Virus record (IMG/VR): IMGVR_UViG_3300011977_000415 | Location: 41,365 to 105,364 of that record | Source: a virus | Taxonomy: Duplodnaviria; Caudoviricetes | Length of the DNA stretch: 64,000 bases | Direction: 5' to 3' (one strand) | In this document: in pieces, positions 56,920 through 64,000 of the stretch | How positions within the stretch are numbered: the stretch's first letter is position 1 | Layout: every line of letters begins with the position of its first letter | Notes under the pieces: generated by a model | The model's input: only the letters and a program-made list of their open reading frames with translations | Database searches by the model: none | What the model was told of the DNA's origin: nothing | Program-made: the position numbers and the translations under genes

Positions 56920-57986
56920 ATGAAGCGAATCGGCGGTCTATATGACAAGATAATCAGCATCGACAACTTGCGTCTTGCGGACGAAAAAGCCCGCAAGGGA
57001 AAGTTGCGTTCGTATGGTGTCCGCGTCCATGACAAGAACCGTGAAGCGAATCTTCTTGCCTTGCATGAAAGTTTGAAGAATCAGACTTTCAAAACGTCCG
57101 AATATCATCAATTCACAATCTTTGAACCAAAGGAACGCTTGATTTCCAGGTTGCCATATTACCCGGACAGAATCGTTCATCATGCCGTGATGAACTATCT
57201 TGAACCAATTTGGGTGTCCTTGTTCGTCAAGAACACTTATTCTTGCATCAAGAACCGGGGAATCCACAAGTGCGCGCAAGACTTGCGTTTTGCCCTGGAC
57301 ACAGACCCGGACGGGACAAAGTATTGTTTGAAGATTGACATCCGGCATTTCTACCCGAACATAAATCACGAAGTCTTGAAGCAACTTGTCCGCCGCCGCA
57401 TCAAGGACGCGCGGTTGTTGTGGCTTCTTGATGAAATTATTGATTCCGTGAAGATGGTGTCCCAATCGGCAATTATCTTTCACAATACTTTGCCAACGTC
57501 TATCTTTCGTATTTCGACCATTGGTTGAAAGAGGAAAAGGGCGTGAAGTATTATTTCAGATATGCCGATGACATTGTGATTCTATCGGACAACAAGGATT
57601 GGTTGCATCATCTTCTTGTCGATATGCGAAAATACTTGCATGACAACTTGAAGTTGAAAATCAAGAAGAACGACCAGGTGTTCCCGGTTGATTCGCGCGG
57701 AATCGACTTCTTGGGATATGTGTTTTATCATACGCATACCAGGTTGCGCAAGACCATCAAACAACACCTTTGCCGCCGGGTGGCAAGGTTGAGGAAACGA
57801 AAGGTCATGCCGACCAAAGCGCAATACAAGCAAGCAATCGCATCTTGGTGGGGTTGGTGCAAGTATTGTGATTCAATCAATTTAGTGTCAAAAATTCAAA
57901 AAGATTTGCCTTATGAAATTAGATTCAATCGCGCCAAACGCGCATTACGACATGGAACACGGCAAACCCGCCGCGTTGGAACATGA
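56920..57986 (+). pseudogene. DGR reverse transcriptase split by a 1-nt frameshift near 57448 (ORFs 56920..57528 and 57525..57986)
   Basis: DRIVHHA, LKIDIRHFYPNI, LLDEIIDS in the first frame; EDGVPIGNYLSQYFAN..YFRYADD..GIDFLGY continue in the -1 frame. Confidence 0.9.
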
Positions 57987-58302
57987 CAACGATGGTTCAA
58001 CCATCATCCGTTACAACATCGAACCCGAAATGGGAACACCGGACGGCGAGAGCGAGGAACGCCAAATCGGTTGGCAATGTCACGAAGTCCGTATTTGGGA
58101 CAAGCCGACCAAAGCATCCTTGAAGAAAGCCATCATCCGTGATGTGATTGACGAAACGGCGGAATTTTCCCTTGTCAATTCGTACAACAAGCACATCTTG
58201 GGCATCGCCCCGGATGATAAGGCAGTTGCCGAATACAAGGAGTATTTGCAGTTTACCGAAGATTTGGATGCCCAAATCATCCGGGATTTGTCTAACAACT
58301 AA
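57913..58302 (+). CDS. Hypothetical protein downstream of the DGR RT
   Basis: Phage-typical codon usage; overlaps the RT end. Confidence 0.65.
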   Translation: MKLDSIAPNAHYDMEHGKPAALEHDNDGSTIIRYNIEPEMGTPDGESEERQIGWQCHEVRIWDKPTKASLKKAIIRDVIDETAEFSLVNSYNKHILGIAPDDKAVAEYKEYLQFTEDLDAQIIRDLSNN

Positions 58303-58316
58303 ATCCACGAAACACG

Positions 58317-58727
58317 ATGCCACGATTTTGTGATTCAAACATTGAATCGGACGCGATAATTGGCAAGGGCATTGACCTTGAAGAACTTTTTGACCAACGA
58401 ATTGTCATTGAGAAAATCAAGATTGAACCCACCAAGTTTCCGGGAAAGAATGCGTCCGGAATGCGTATGCAAATGCAAGTAGTCATCAATGCCCAATTTA
58501 ACGACACCGCCGATGCCGATGGTGATTTCTTTGCCAAGGATGCCAACGGCAAGGCAATCGGCACGCGCCGTTCGGTGTTTACCGGGTCGGACAACTTGAT
58601 GGCGGAAATGAAACAGGCGCAAAACCAATGGAAAACCGAACGTGTTGCCAAAGGCTTGCCGCCCGTGGATTTCGTTGTGTTTGATACGACCATCGCAAAG
58701 GTTGGCAAGATGTTTCATTTCACGTAA
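58317..58727 (+). CDS. Hypothetical protein (possibly DGR-associated)
   Basis: Packed ORF; FTGSDNL..FDTTI..FHFT. Confidence 0.65.
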   Translation: MPRFCDSNIESDAIIGKGIDLEELFDQRIVIEKIKIEPTKFPGKNASGMRMQMQVVINAQFNDTADADGDFFAKDANGKAIGTRRSVFTGSDNLMAEMKQAQNQWKTERVAKGLPPVDFVVFDTTIAKVGKMFHFT

Positions 58728-58731
58728 TACA

Positions 58732-59337
58732 ATGATTATGACATCGAACATTCATTCAATACTTTCACTTGTCGGGAAGCATATCATGGGCGTGATGGGC
58801 GCGTGTGTGGCGATGATTCGTCCGACATTCCCTTTCATCCTTGTGTGTACCCTTGCCGTGCTTGCGGATTGTTACACGGCATGGTCGCTTTCCCGGCGCG
58901 TGAAGAAACGCTTTCCCGGTGCGAATGATGGAAAGTTCAAATCCAATTATGCCGGGCGCGTGTTCATCACCCTTATCAAGGTTTATTCCTTGACAATACT
59001 TGTGCATCTTATTGATGCAATGGTGTTCCCGGAAATCGCTTTGCATTTGCCGCAAGTGGTCGCCGGGGCGGTTTGTTTTTGGCAAATTTGGTCAATGCTT
59101 GAAAACGAATCAAGTTGCAAGGATGCCAAGTGGGCGAAGATTGCCCAACGCATAATGGTGGACAAGACGGAACGCCATTTCGACATTGATTTGCATGAAC
59201 TGAAAGAGGAACAGCCCGAACCACCACACATCGAAACCCCTTGTGGCAATGAAGTGTGCGCGTATCGTGGCAAGGTGCATTGCGACACAACGAAATGCCC
59301 ATCTTTCATAAAACCAAAGAACGATGGCGAGCATTGA
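58732..59337 (+). CDS. Holin
   Basis: Several TM segments, QIWSMLEN motif, directly upstream of the endolysin. Confidence 0.75.
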   Translation: MIMTSNIHSILSLVGKHIMGVMGACVAMIRPTFPFILVCTLAVLADCYTAWSLSRRVKKRFPGANDGKFKSNYAGRVFITLIKVYSLTILVHLIDAMVFPEIALHLPQVVAGAVCFWQIWSMLENESSCKDAKWAKIAQRIMVDKTERHFDIDLHELKEEQPEPPHIETPCGNEVCAYRGKVHCDTTKCPSFIKPKNDGEH

Positions 59338-59899
59338 CAAGTTGATTCCGTTCATCCTCAAATGGGAGGGTGGATTCGTGAACGACCCAACCGACCGGGG
59401 CGGCGCAACCAACAAAGGCGTAACAATAGCGACATACGAAGCATATTGCCGCCAAAAGGGGTTGCCCCGCCCCACGGTGGAGCAGTTGAAGAACATCCCG
59501 GATGCCCATTGGCGCGACATCATCAAAACCATGTTTTGGGATAAGTGGCACGCCGATGACATCCATTCCCAAAAGGTTGCCAACATCCTTGTGGATTGGG
59601 TTTGGTTATCCGGCGTTCATGGCATCAAGAAGCCACAAGCGTTGCTTGGTGTCAAGGCTGATGGCATCGTTGGCAACAAAACGCTTTCGGCGGTGAATTT
59701 CGCCGACCCGGAAGAATTATTCGCGGCGTTGTACAAGGAACGTGTGAAGTTCATCAACGCAATTGTGGCGCGTTCCGTTGCGGCGTATGAAAAGAAAATC
59801 GGTCGCCCGGCGACTGAAAAAGAGTTGTTGAAGCACACCCAAAAGCGATTTGCAAAAGGGTGGTTGAACAGGCTTGCAGAAATCAAAAAGTTGAATTGA
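59324..59899 (+). CDS. Endolysin, glycoside hydrolase family 108 with peptidoglycan-binding domain
   Basis: WEGGFVNDPTDRGGATNKGVT; ADGIVGNKTL; RFAKGWLNR. Confidence 0.92.
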   Translation: MASIDKLIPFILKWEGGFVNDPTDRGGATNKGVTIATYEAYCRQKGLPRPTVEQLKNIPDAHWRDIIKTMFWDKWHADDIHSQKVANILVDWVWLSGVHGIKKPQALLGVKADGIVGNKTLSAVNFADPEELFAALYKERVKFINAIVARSVAAYEKKIGRPATEKELLKHTQKRFAKGWLNRLAEIKKLN

Positions 59900-59900
59900 T

Positions 59901-60383
59901 ATGGAAATAATGGTAAAACGAAGATTTCTTGGCGACAAATACACCATCGGTTCTTTGTTCGTCAATGGTGAACGTTTCCGGGTTGATGGCAAGGCGGTGG
60001 ACACATTGGAAGATAAAAACCGCGATGCCAACATGAACGGGCGTTTTGATGATGGCGAACGCAAGATGTACGGGCAAACGTGCATCCCGTTCGGCAAGTA
60101 CGAAGTTGGTTTGGATTTTTCACCCAAATTCAGCAAGAAACCATCTTACACGGCGTTCATTCGTAAAGGCAAGATGCCACACATTCGGAATGTGCCATCC
60201 TTTGAGGGCATTTTGATTCACGGCGGCAATACGCCCGCCGACACATTGGGATGCCTTTTGGTTGGTTTCAACACCATCAAGGGCGGTTTGACCCAATCGT
60301 TGCACGTGTTCAAACAGTTGTATGCCGAAATCGTTGCGGCAATGGACAACGGCGAAAAGGTAACAATTGAATTTGTGCCATGA
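59901..60383 (+). CDS. DUF5675-family protein (L,D-transpeptidase-like; putative second lytic enzyme)
   Basis: YTIGSL..DTLED..TCIPFGKY..GILIHGGNTPADTLGCLLVG. Confidence 0.75.
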   Translation: MEIMVKRRFLGDKYTIGSLFVNGERFRVDGKAVDTLEDKNRDANMNGRFDDGERKMYGQTCIPFGKYEVGLDFSPKFSKKPSYTAFIRKGKMPHIRNVPSFEGILIHGGNTPADTLGCLLVGFNTIKGGLTQSLHVFKQLYAEIVAAMDNGEKVTIEFVP

Positions 60384-60940
60384 AGTATGTTTGTAATTTC
60401 ATTGCCGCGTTGGCGGCGTTGCTGATGGTGTCGTGCGCCACATCAAAGAAGATGGCAAAGGACACCGAACAAGTGCGTGTTGATAGTGTCGCCGAAAAGG
60501 TTGCCCATGTGGAAGATGTCGCCAAGATGGTGGACACAACCCGGAACGAACGGGAACAAATCATCATCACCGAAATCACGTTCTTTTCGCCGGACACAAC
60601 CGCCGGGACACCACCGCCCGAAATCACCATTGATGGAACGGGCAAGGTTACGGGTGGCGGCAACATCAAGGCGATAAAGCAAACCACCATTTCCAAGGTC
60701 AAGGAAGAAAAGGGCGAAAGCAAGGAAACGGCGAAAACCGAAACCAACAAGGACAATGCGACCATCCACAAACAACAGGAACAAACACATGTTGCCAAGG
60801 AAAGCAAGAACCCGGTGATTTGGTCGTATGTAATTGCCGCGTCAATTATTGCCGTTCTTGTATTGTTTTTGCGTTTCCGAACACCGATTTTCACATGGTT
60901 ACGCAACATTCTTGCCGCATTGCGCAAGATTTTGGATTAA
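60380..60940 (+). CDS. Putative unimolecular spanin
   Basis: N-terminal lipobox LLMVSC plus a C-terminal TM helix; last gene of the lysis cassette. Confidence 0.65.
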   Translation: MKYVCNFIAALAALLMVSCATSKKMAKDTEQVRVDSVAEKVAHVEDVAKMVDTTRNEREQIIITEITFFSPDTTAGTPPPEITIDGTGKVTGGGNIKAIKQTTISKVKEEKGESKETAKTETNKDNATIHKQQEQTHVAKESKNPVIWSYVIAASIIAVLVLFLRFRTPIFTWLRNILAALRKILD

Positions 60941-60959
60941 ATTCATTACCTTTGCACCC

Positions 60960-61036
60960 ACATTGTTGCGAAAGCCCCGGTTCATTGCCGGGGAACAATG
61001 TAGAAGCCCGGTTTTGTCGCCGGGCTTCATTCTTTT
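60960..61036 (+). ncRNA. Candidate phage small RNA ending in an intrinsic terminator
   Basis: TACCTTTG at 60947-60954; stems 60960-60967/60994-61001 and 60975-60980/60988-60993; terminator 61003-61028 plus T-tract. Confidence 0.5.
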
Positions 61037-61174
61037 GTTGTACACGATTACCACTTTTCTTGCAAAGTGTGGCAAAAAATGTATTATTTCGGGGTGAAAA
61101 ATATGTATTAAAAGGAAAATCGGTTGAATATCAATGTTTTAATTGTGGCAAAAAACAAAAAAACCGAAAAAGAA

Positions 61175-61207
61175 AAACGCCCGAAATCGGTGTGAAATCG
61201 GGCGTTT
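61175..61207 (-). terminator. Phage-supplied terminator for tRNA-Ser
   Basis: AAACGCCCGA..TCGGGCGTTT inverted repeat followed by T-tracts on the minus strand. Confidence 0.55.
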
Positions 61208-61227
61208 CGTGTACATTTTCGTGTACA
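61207..61227 (+). repeat. Integrase arm-type sites (2 x TCGTGTACA)
   Basis: 20-bp identity with 12006-12025. Confidence 0.75.
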
Positions 61228-61258
61228 AATTTCGCAAATCATTGAAAATCAATGTTTA

Positions 61259-61273
61259 TTGCGGAGAGAGAGG
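61259..61273 (+). repeat. att core (right copy)
   Basis: TTGCGGAGAGAGAGG, overlapping the tRNA 3' end. Confidence 0.92.
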
Positions 61274-61346
61274 GATTCGAACCCCCGGTACCTCTCAGTA
61301 CGCCGGTTTTCAAGACCGGTGCATTCGACCACTCTGCCATCTCTCC
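61262..61346 (-). tRNA. tRNA-Ser(TGA)
   Basis: GGAGAGA/TCTCTCC acceptor stem, CCGGT-CTTGAAA-ACCGG anticodon arm, long variable arm, GGTTCGAATCC T-loop. Confidence 0.97.
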
Positions 61347-61364
61347 TTGGTCGAAAAGCGAGTG

Positions 61365-61443
61365 CAAAGGTACGGGTAATTTTTGAATTATGCAAATTTT
61401 TCAAGAACTTTTTTGCAAAATAGGGCAAAAATGAGTAATTTTG
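61365..61443. promoter_or_regulatory. Divergent Bacteroidetes sigma70 promoters for tRNA-Ser and mutS2
   Basis: Minus strand: TACCTTTG 61365-61372 with TTTG 20 nt upstream. Plus strand: TTTG 61412-61415 and TAATTTTG 61436-61443. Confidence 0.7.
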
Positions 61444-61447
61444 TGGC

Positions 61448-64000
61448 ATGATTTACCCGAAGAACTTTGAAACCAAGATAGGTTTCGACGAAATACGCAC
61501 ACTGTTGAAAGGCCATTGTCTGAGTACTCTGGGCAAGGAGAAAGCCGATGAAATCGACTTCACTGATGATGCTGACACCATTAATGAATGGATGGAACAG
61601 GTGAGAGAATTCCGCCGATTGCAGCAGGAAACGGATTCGTTTCCCCTGAACTATTTCTTTGATGTCAGACAGTCGATAACCCGCATCCGATTGGAAAATA
61701 CCCATCTGGAGGAGAACGAACTGTTTGATCTGCGCCGGTCATTGGAAACCATCTCGCTGATTGTGACATTCCTCAACAAGAATGAAGGTGACGAAGATAA
61801 TCCGGAATATCCCTACCCTGCCCTTCATCGATTGGCAGAAGACGTACTGACTTTCCCCGCAATGATTCGTCGCATAGACTCTATCCTCGACAAATTCGGG
61901 AAAATCAAAGATTCTGCTTCTATGACATTGGCAGGAATACGCCATGAGTTGGCTCAGACCGAAGGTGGAATATCGCGTACCTTATATACTATATTACATG
62001 CAGCACAACGCGATGGCCTGGTAGATAAGGACGTGGCTCCTACCATGCGCGACGGACGATTGGTGATTCCCGTAGCACCGGGACTGAAGCGTCGCATCAA
62101 AGGTATCGTGCACGATGAGAGTGCTACTGGTAAGACGGTGTTTATAGAACCGACAGAGGTGGTGGAAGCCAATAACAAAGTGCGCGAACTGGAAGCAGCC
62201 GAACGACGTGAGATTATCCGCATCCTTACGGTATTTACTGCTGAGGTAAGACCTCACGTGCAGGAGATTCTCGACTCATACCAATTCCTGGCGCAGATAG
62301 ACCTGATACGTGCGAAAGCCGAACTCGCCCAAGAGATGAATGCCTTTGAACCTCAGGTACAGTCGGAGCCTCATCTCGACTGGATCCGTGCCGTTCATCC
62401 GTTGTTGCAACGCTCTTTAGCCCGACAAGACAAGAAGGTTGTTCCGCTCGACATCATTCTGACACGCGACAAGCGACTGTTGATCATCTCCGGTCCTAAT
62501 GCCGGTGGTAAGTCTGTATGTCTGAAAACTGTAGGACTGTTGCAGTATATGCTGCAATGCGGTCTGTCAGTTCCGTTGAGTGAACGTTCCACGGTGGGTG
62601 TATTCCAAGACATCATGATTGATATTGGTGACGAACAAAGCATTGCCGACGACCTCTCAACCTACTCCAGCCATTTGCTCAATATGAAGAATATGATGCG
62701 TCAATCAAACGAACGCACCCTACTGCTCATTGACGAGTTTGGCGGTGGAACCGAACCAGCCATCGGTGGAGCCATTGCCGAAGCCGTACTGAAACAGTTC
62801 TGGAAGAAGCAGGCATTCGGTGTGATTACCACTCACTATCAGAACTTGAAGCATTTTGATGAAGACCATGAAGGAGTGATCAATGGCGCCATGCTCTACG
62901 ATCGCCATCAGATGCAGGCGCTGTTTCAGTTGTCAATCGGTCAGCCCGGTTCTTCGTTTGCCATCGAGATTGCTCGCAAAACGGGTATTCCGGAAGAAGT
63001 TATCAGCGATGCCAGCGATATCGTTGGTTCGGAATACATCCAGAGCGATAAATACCTACAGGATATTGTGCGCGACAAACGCTATTGGGAGGGCAAGCGC
63101 CAGACCATCCATCAGCATGAGAAATCGTTGGAAGGTCGCATTGCCAAATACGAAAGCCACATTGAAGAGATTGAACAAGAGCGCAAAGCCATTCTGCGTC
63201 GCGCCAAGGAGCAAGCCGAAGAACTATTGCGCGAAAGCAATAAGAAGATAGAGAATGCTATCCGAGAAATCAAGGAGGCACAAGCTGAAAAGGAGCGCAC
63301 CAGACTGGTTCGTGAGGAGTTGAACGACTTCAAGCAACAGGTATTGGAGATTGACACTCGCGAGAAGGATGAGTTGATAGAGCGCAAAATGCGACAGATT
63401 CTGGAACGTCGCGAACGCAAGGCTAAGCGCAAACAGGAAAAGAAAGAACAGACCGCCAATCCCACAGCAACGCCATCGCCTGTATTTACATCAGCAGGAA
63501 AGCCGAAACAGGAAGCTCCCATCACCGTGGGAAGCAATGTCCGCATCAAAGGACTGAATACGGTAGGTAAGGTGGAGAGCCTGTCAGGCAAGAATGCCGT
63601 TGTCATCTTTGGCGACATGAAGACCAAGATGAAGCTGGAACAATTGGAACTTACTGGCAAACTGAAAGAAGCGCCCAAGGCCGAAACTCCCCACGCTGCC
63701 TTAGTTGTGCAAACCTCGAAGATGACTCGTAGCACCATAGAAGACCGCAAACACAATTTCCATCAAGATATTGACGTAAGAGGTATGCGTGGTGACGAAG
63801 CCGTTGATGCCGTAATGCACTTCATCGATGATGCCATACTGGTGGGAATGTCGCGTGTGAGAATCCTACATGGTACAGGAACGGGAGTTCTTCGCCAACT
63901 GATTCGTCAGTATCTAAATACCGTGCCCAACGTGAAGAGTGCGAAAGACGAGCATGTGCAGTTTGGCGGTTCAGGCATTACTGTTGTGGATATAGATTAG
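61448..64000 (+). CDS. mutS2: Endonuclease MutS2
   Basis: SGPNAGGKS, DEFGGGT, C-terminal Smr domain IDVRGMR..ILHGTGTGVLR..GGSGIT. Confidence 0.95.
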   Translation: MIYPKNFETKIGFDEIRTLLKGHCLSTLGKEKADEIDFTDDADTINEWMEQVREFRRLQQETDSFPLNYFFDVRQSITRIRLENTHLEENELFDLRRSLETISLIVTFLNKNEGDEDNPEYPYPALHRLAEDVLTFPAMIRRIDSILDKFGKIKDSASMTLAGIRHELAQTEGGISRTLYTILHAAQRDGLVDKDVAPTMRDGRLVIPVAPGLKRRIKGIVHDESATGKTVFIEPTEVVEANNKVRELEAAERREIIRILTVFTAEVRPHVQEILDSYQFLAQIDLIRAKAELAQEMNAFEPQVQSEPHLDWIRAVHPLLQRSLARQDKKVVPLDIILTRDKRLLIISGPNAGGKSVCLKTVGLLQYMLQCGLSVPLSERSTVGVFQDIMIDIGDEQSIADDLSTYSSHLLNMKNMMRQSNERTLLLIDEFGGGTEPAIGGAIAEAVLKQFWKKQAFGVITTHYQNLKHFDEDHEGVINGAMLYDRHQMQALFQLSIGQPGSSFAIEIARKTGIPEEVISDASDIVGSEYIQSDKYLQDIVRDKRYWEGKRQTIHQHEKSLEGRIAKYESHIEEIEQERKAILRRAKEQAEELLRESNKKIENAIREIKEAQAEKERTRLVREELNDFKQQVLEIDTREKDELIERKMRQILERRERKAKRKQEKKEQTANPTATPSPVFTSAGKPKQEAPITVGSNVRIKGLNTVGKVESLSGKNAVVIFGDMKTKMKLEQLELTGKLKEAPKAETPHAALVVQTSKMTRSTIEDRKHNFHQDIDVRGMRGDEAVDAVMHFIDDAILVGMSRVRILHGTGTGVLRQLIRQYLNTVPNVKSAKDEHVQFGGSGITVVDID

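Larger units (their letters stand above)
11873..61273. mobile_element. Temperate siphovirus-type prophage (~49.4 kb) integrated in tRNA-Ser(TGA)
   Basis: 15-bp direct repeat at both ends, integrase at one end, complete lysogeny-replication-packaging-head-tail-lysis gene order, long tape measure, no sheath gene recognised. Confidence 0.95.

Noticed and set aside
56627-56923. 98-aa Asn-rich ORF as a protein-coding gene (e.g. avd)
   Set aside because: It is the TR read in the VR frame plus the structured spacer and has no Avd-like features; translation is not excluded but unsupported
56920-57986. RT as a group II intron, retron or Abi-type RT
   Set aside because: Short, no maturase or endonuclease domain, IGxxxSQ motif, and an adjacent TR/VR pair with adenine-only mismatches identify a DGR
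12058-60940. A third DGR target
   Set aside because: No additional GGGTCGCGGCTTTGC-like IMH noticed by eye; a computational scan with TR adenines as wildcards is needed to exclude one
1-64000. CRISPR array or cas genes
   Set aside because: No regularly spaced repeat-spacer units or Cas motifs seen

Overview
Bacteroidales (Prevotella-like) chromosomal window, judged from the many TAnnTTTG/TTTG promoters. It has three parts. (1) 1-11.8 kb is a decaying defence/accessory island: RhuM-Fic, an orphan AbiEi antitoxin, WYL, IS5 and MBL-fold remnants, a giant exonuclease-RecQ-UvrD fusion, a PD-(D/E)XK nuclease, a metallophosphoesterase and an AAA ATPase. (2) 11873-61273 is an apparently complete ~49.4 kb temperate siphovirus-type prophage integrated at the 3' end of tRNA-Ser(TGA). 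It has a 15-bp att core, arm-type repeats, integrase, repressor switch, recombination/replication, packaging, head, tail and lysis modules. (3) Host tRNA-Ser and mutS2. The main highlight is a diversity-generating retroelement (TR 56642-56757; RT split by a 1-nt frameshift) with two targets. One is the adjacent tail-associated gene. The other is a small, apparently cytoplasmic early protein 35 kb away (VR2 21339-21417), with the same 3' IMH and its own perfect hairpin. Other highlights: a candidate ~80-nt phage sRNA complementary to the start codons of four phage genes; a conserved tripartite late-promoter architecture (tandem DnaA-box-like repeats + 19-bp palindrome + TAnnTTTG) in a phage that encodes a DnaA-domain-IV-like protein; a MuF head protein with a papain-fold toxin tip and a convergent candidate immunity gene; and an HNH nuclease fused to a paralogue of the neighbouring Cro-like gene. 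Family assignments come from motif recognition by eye, not database searches.
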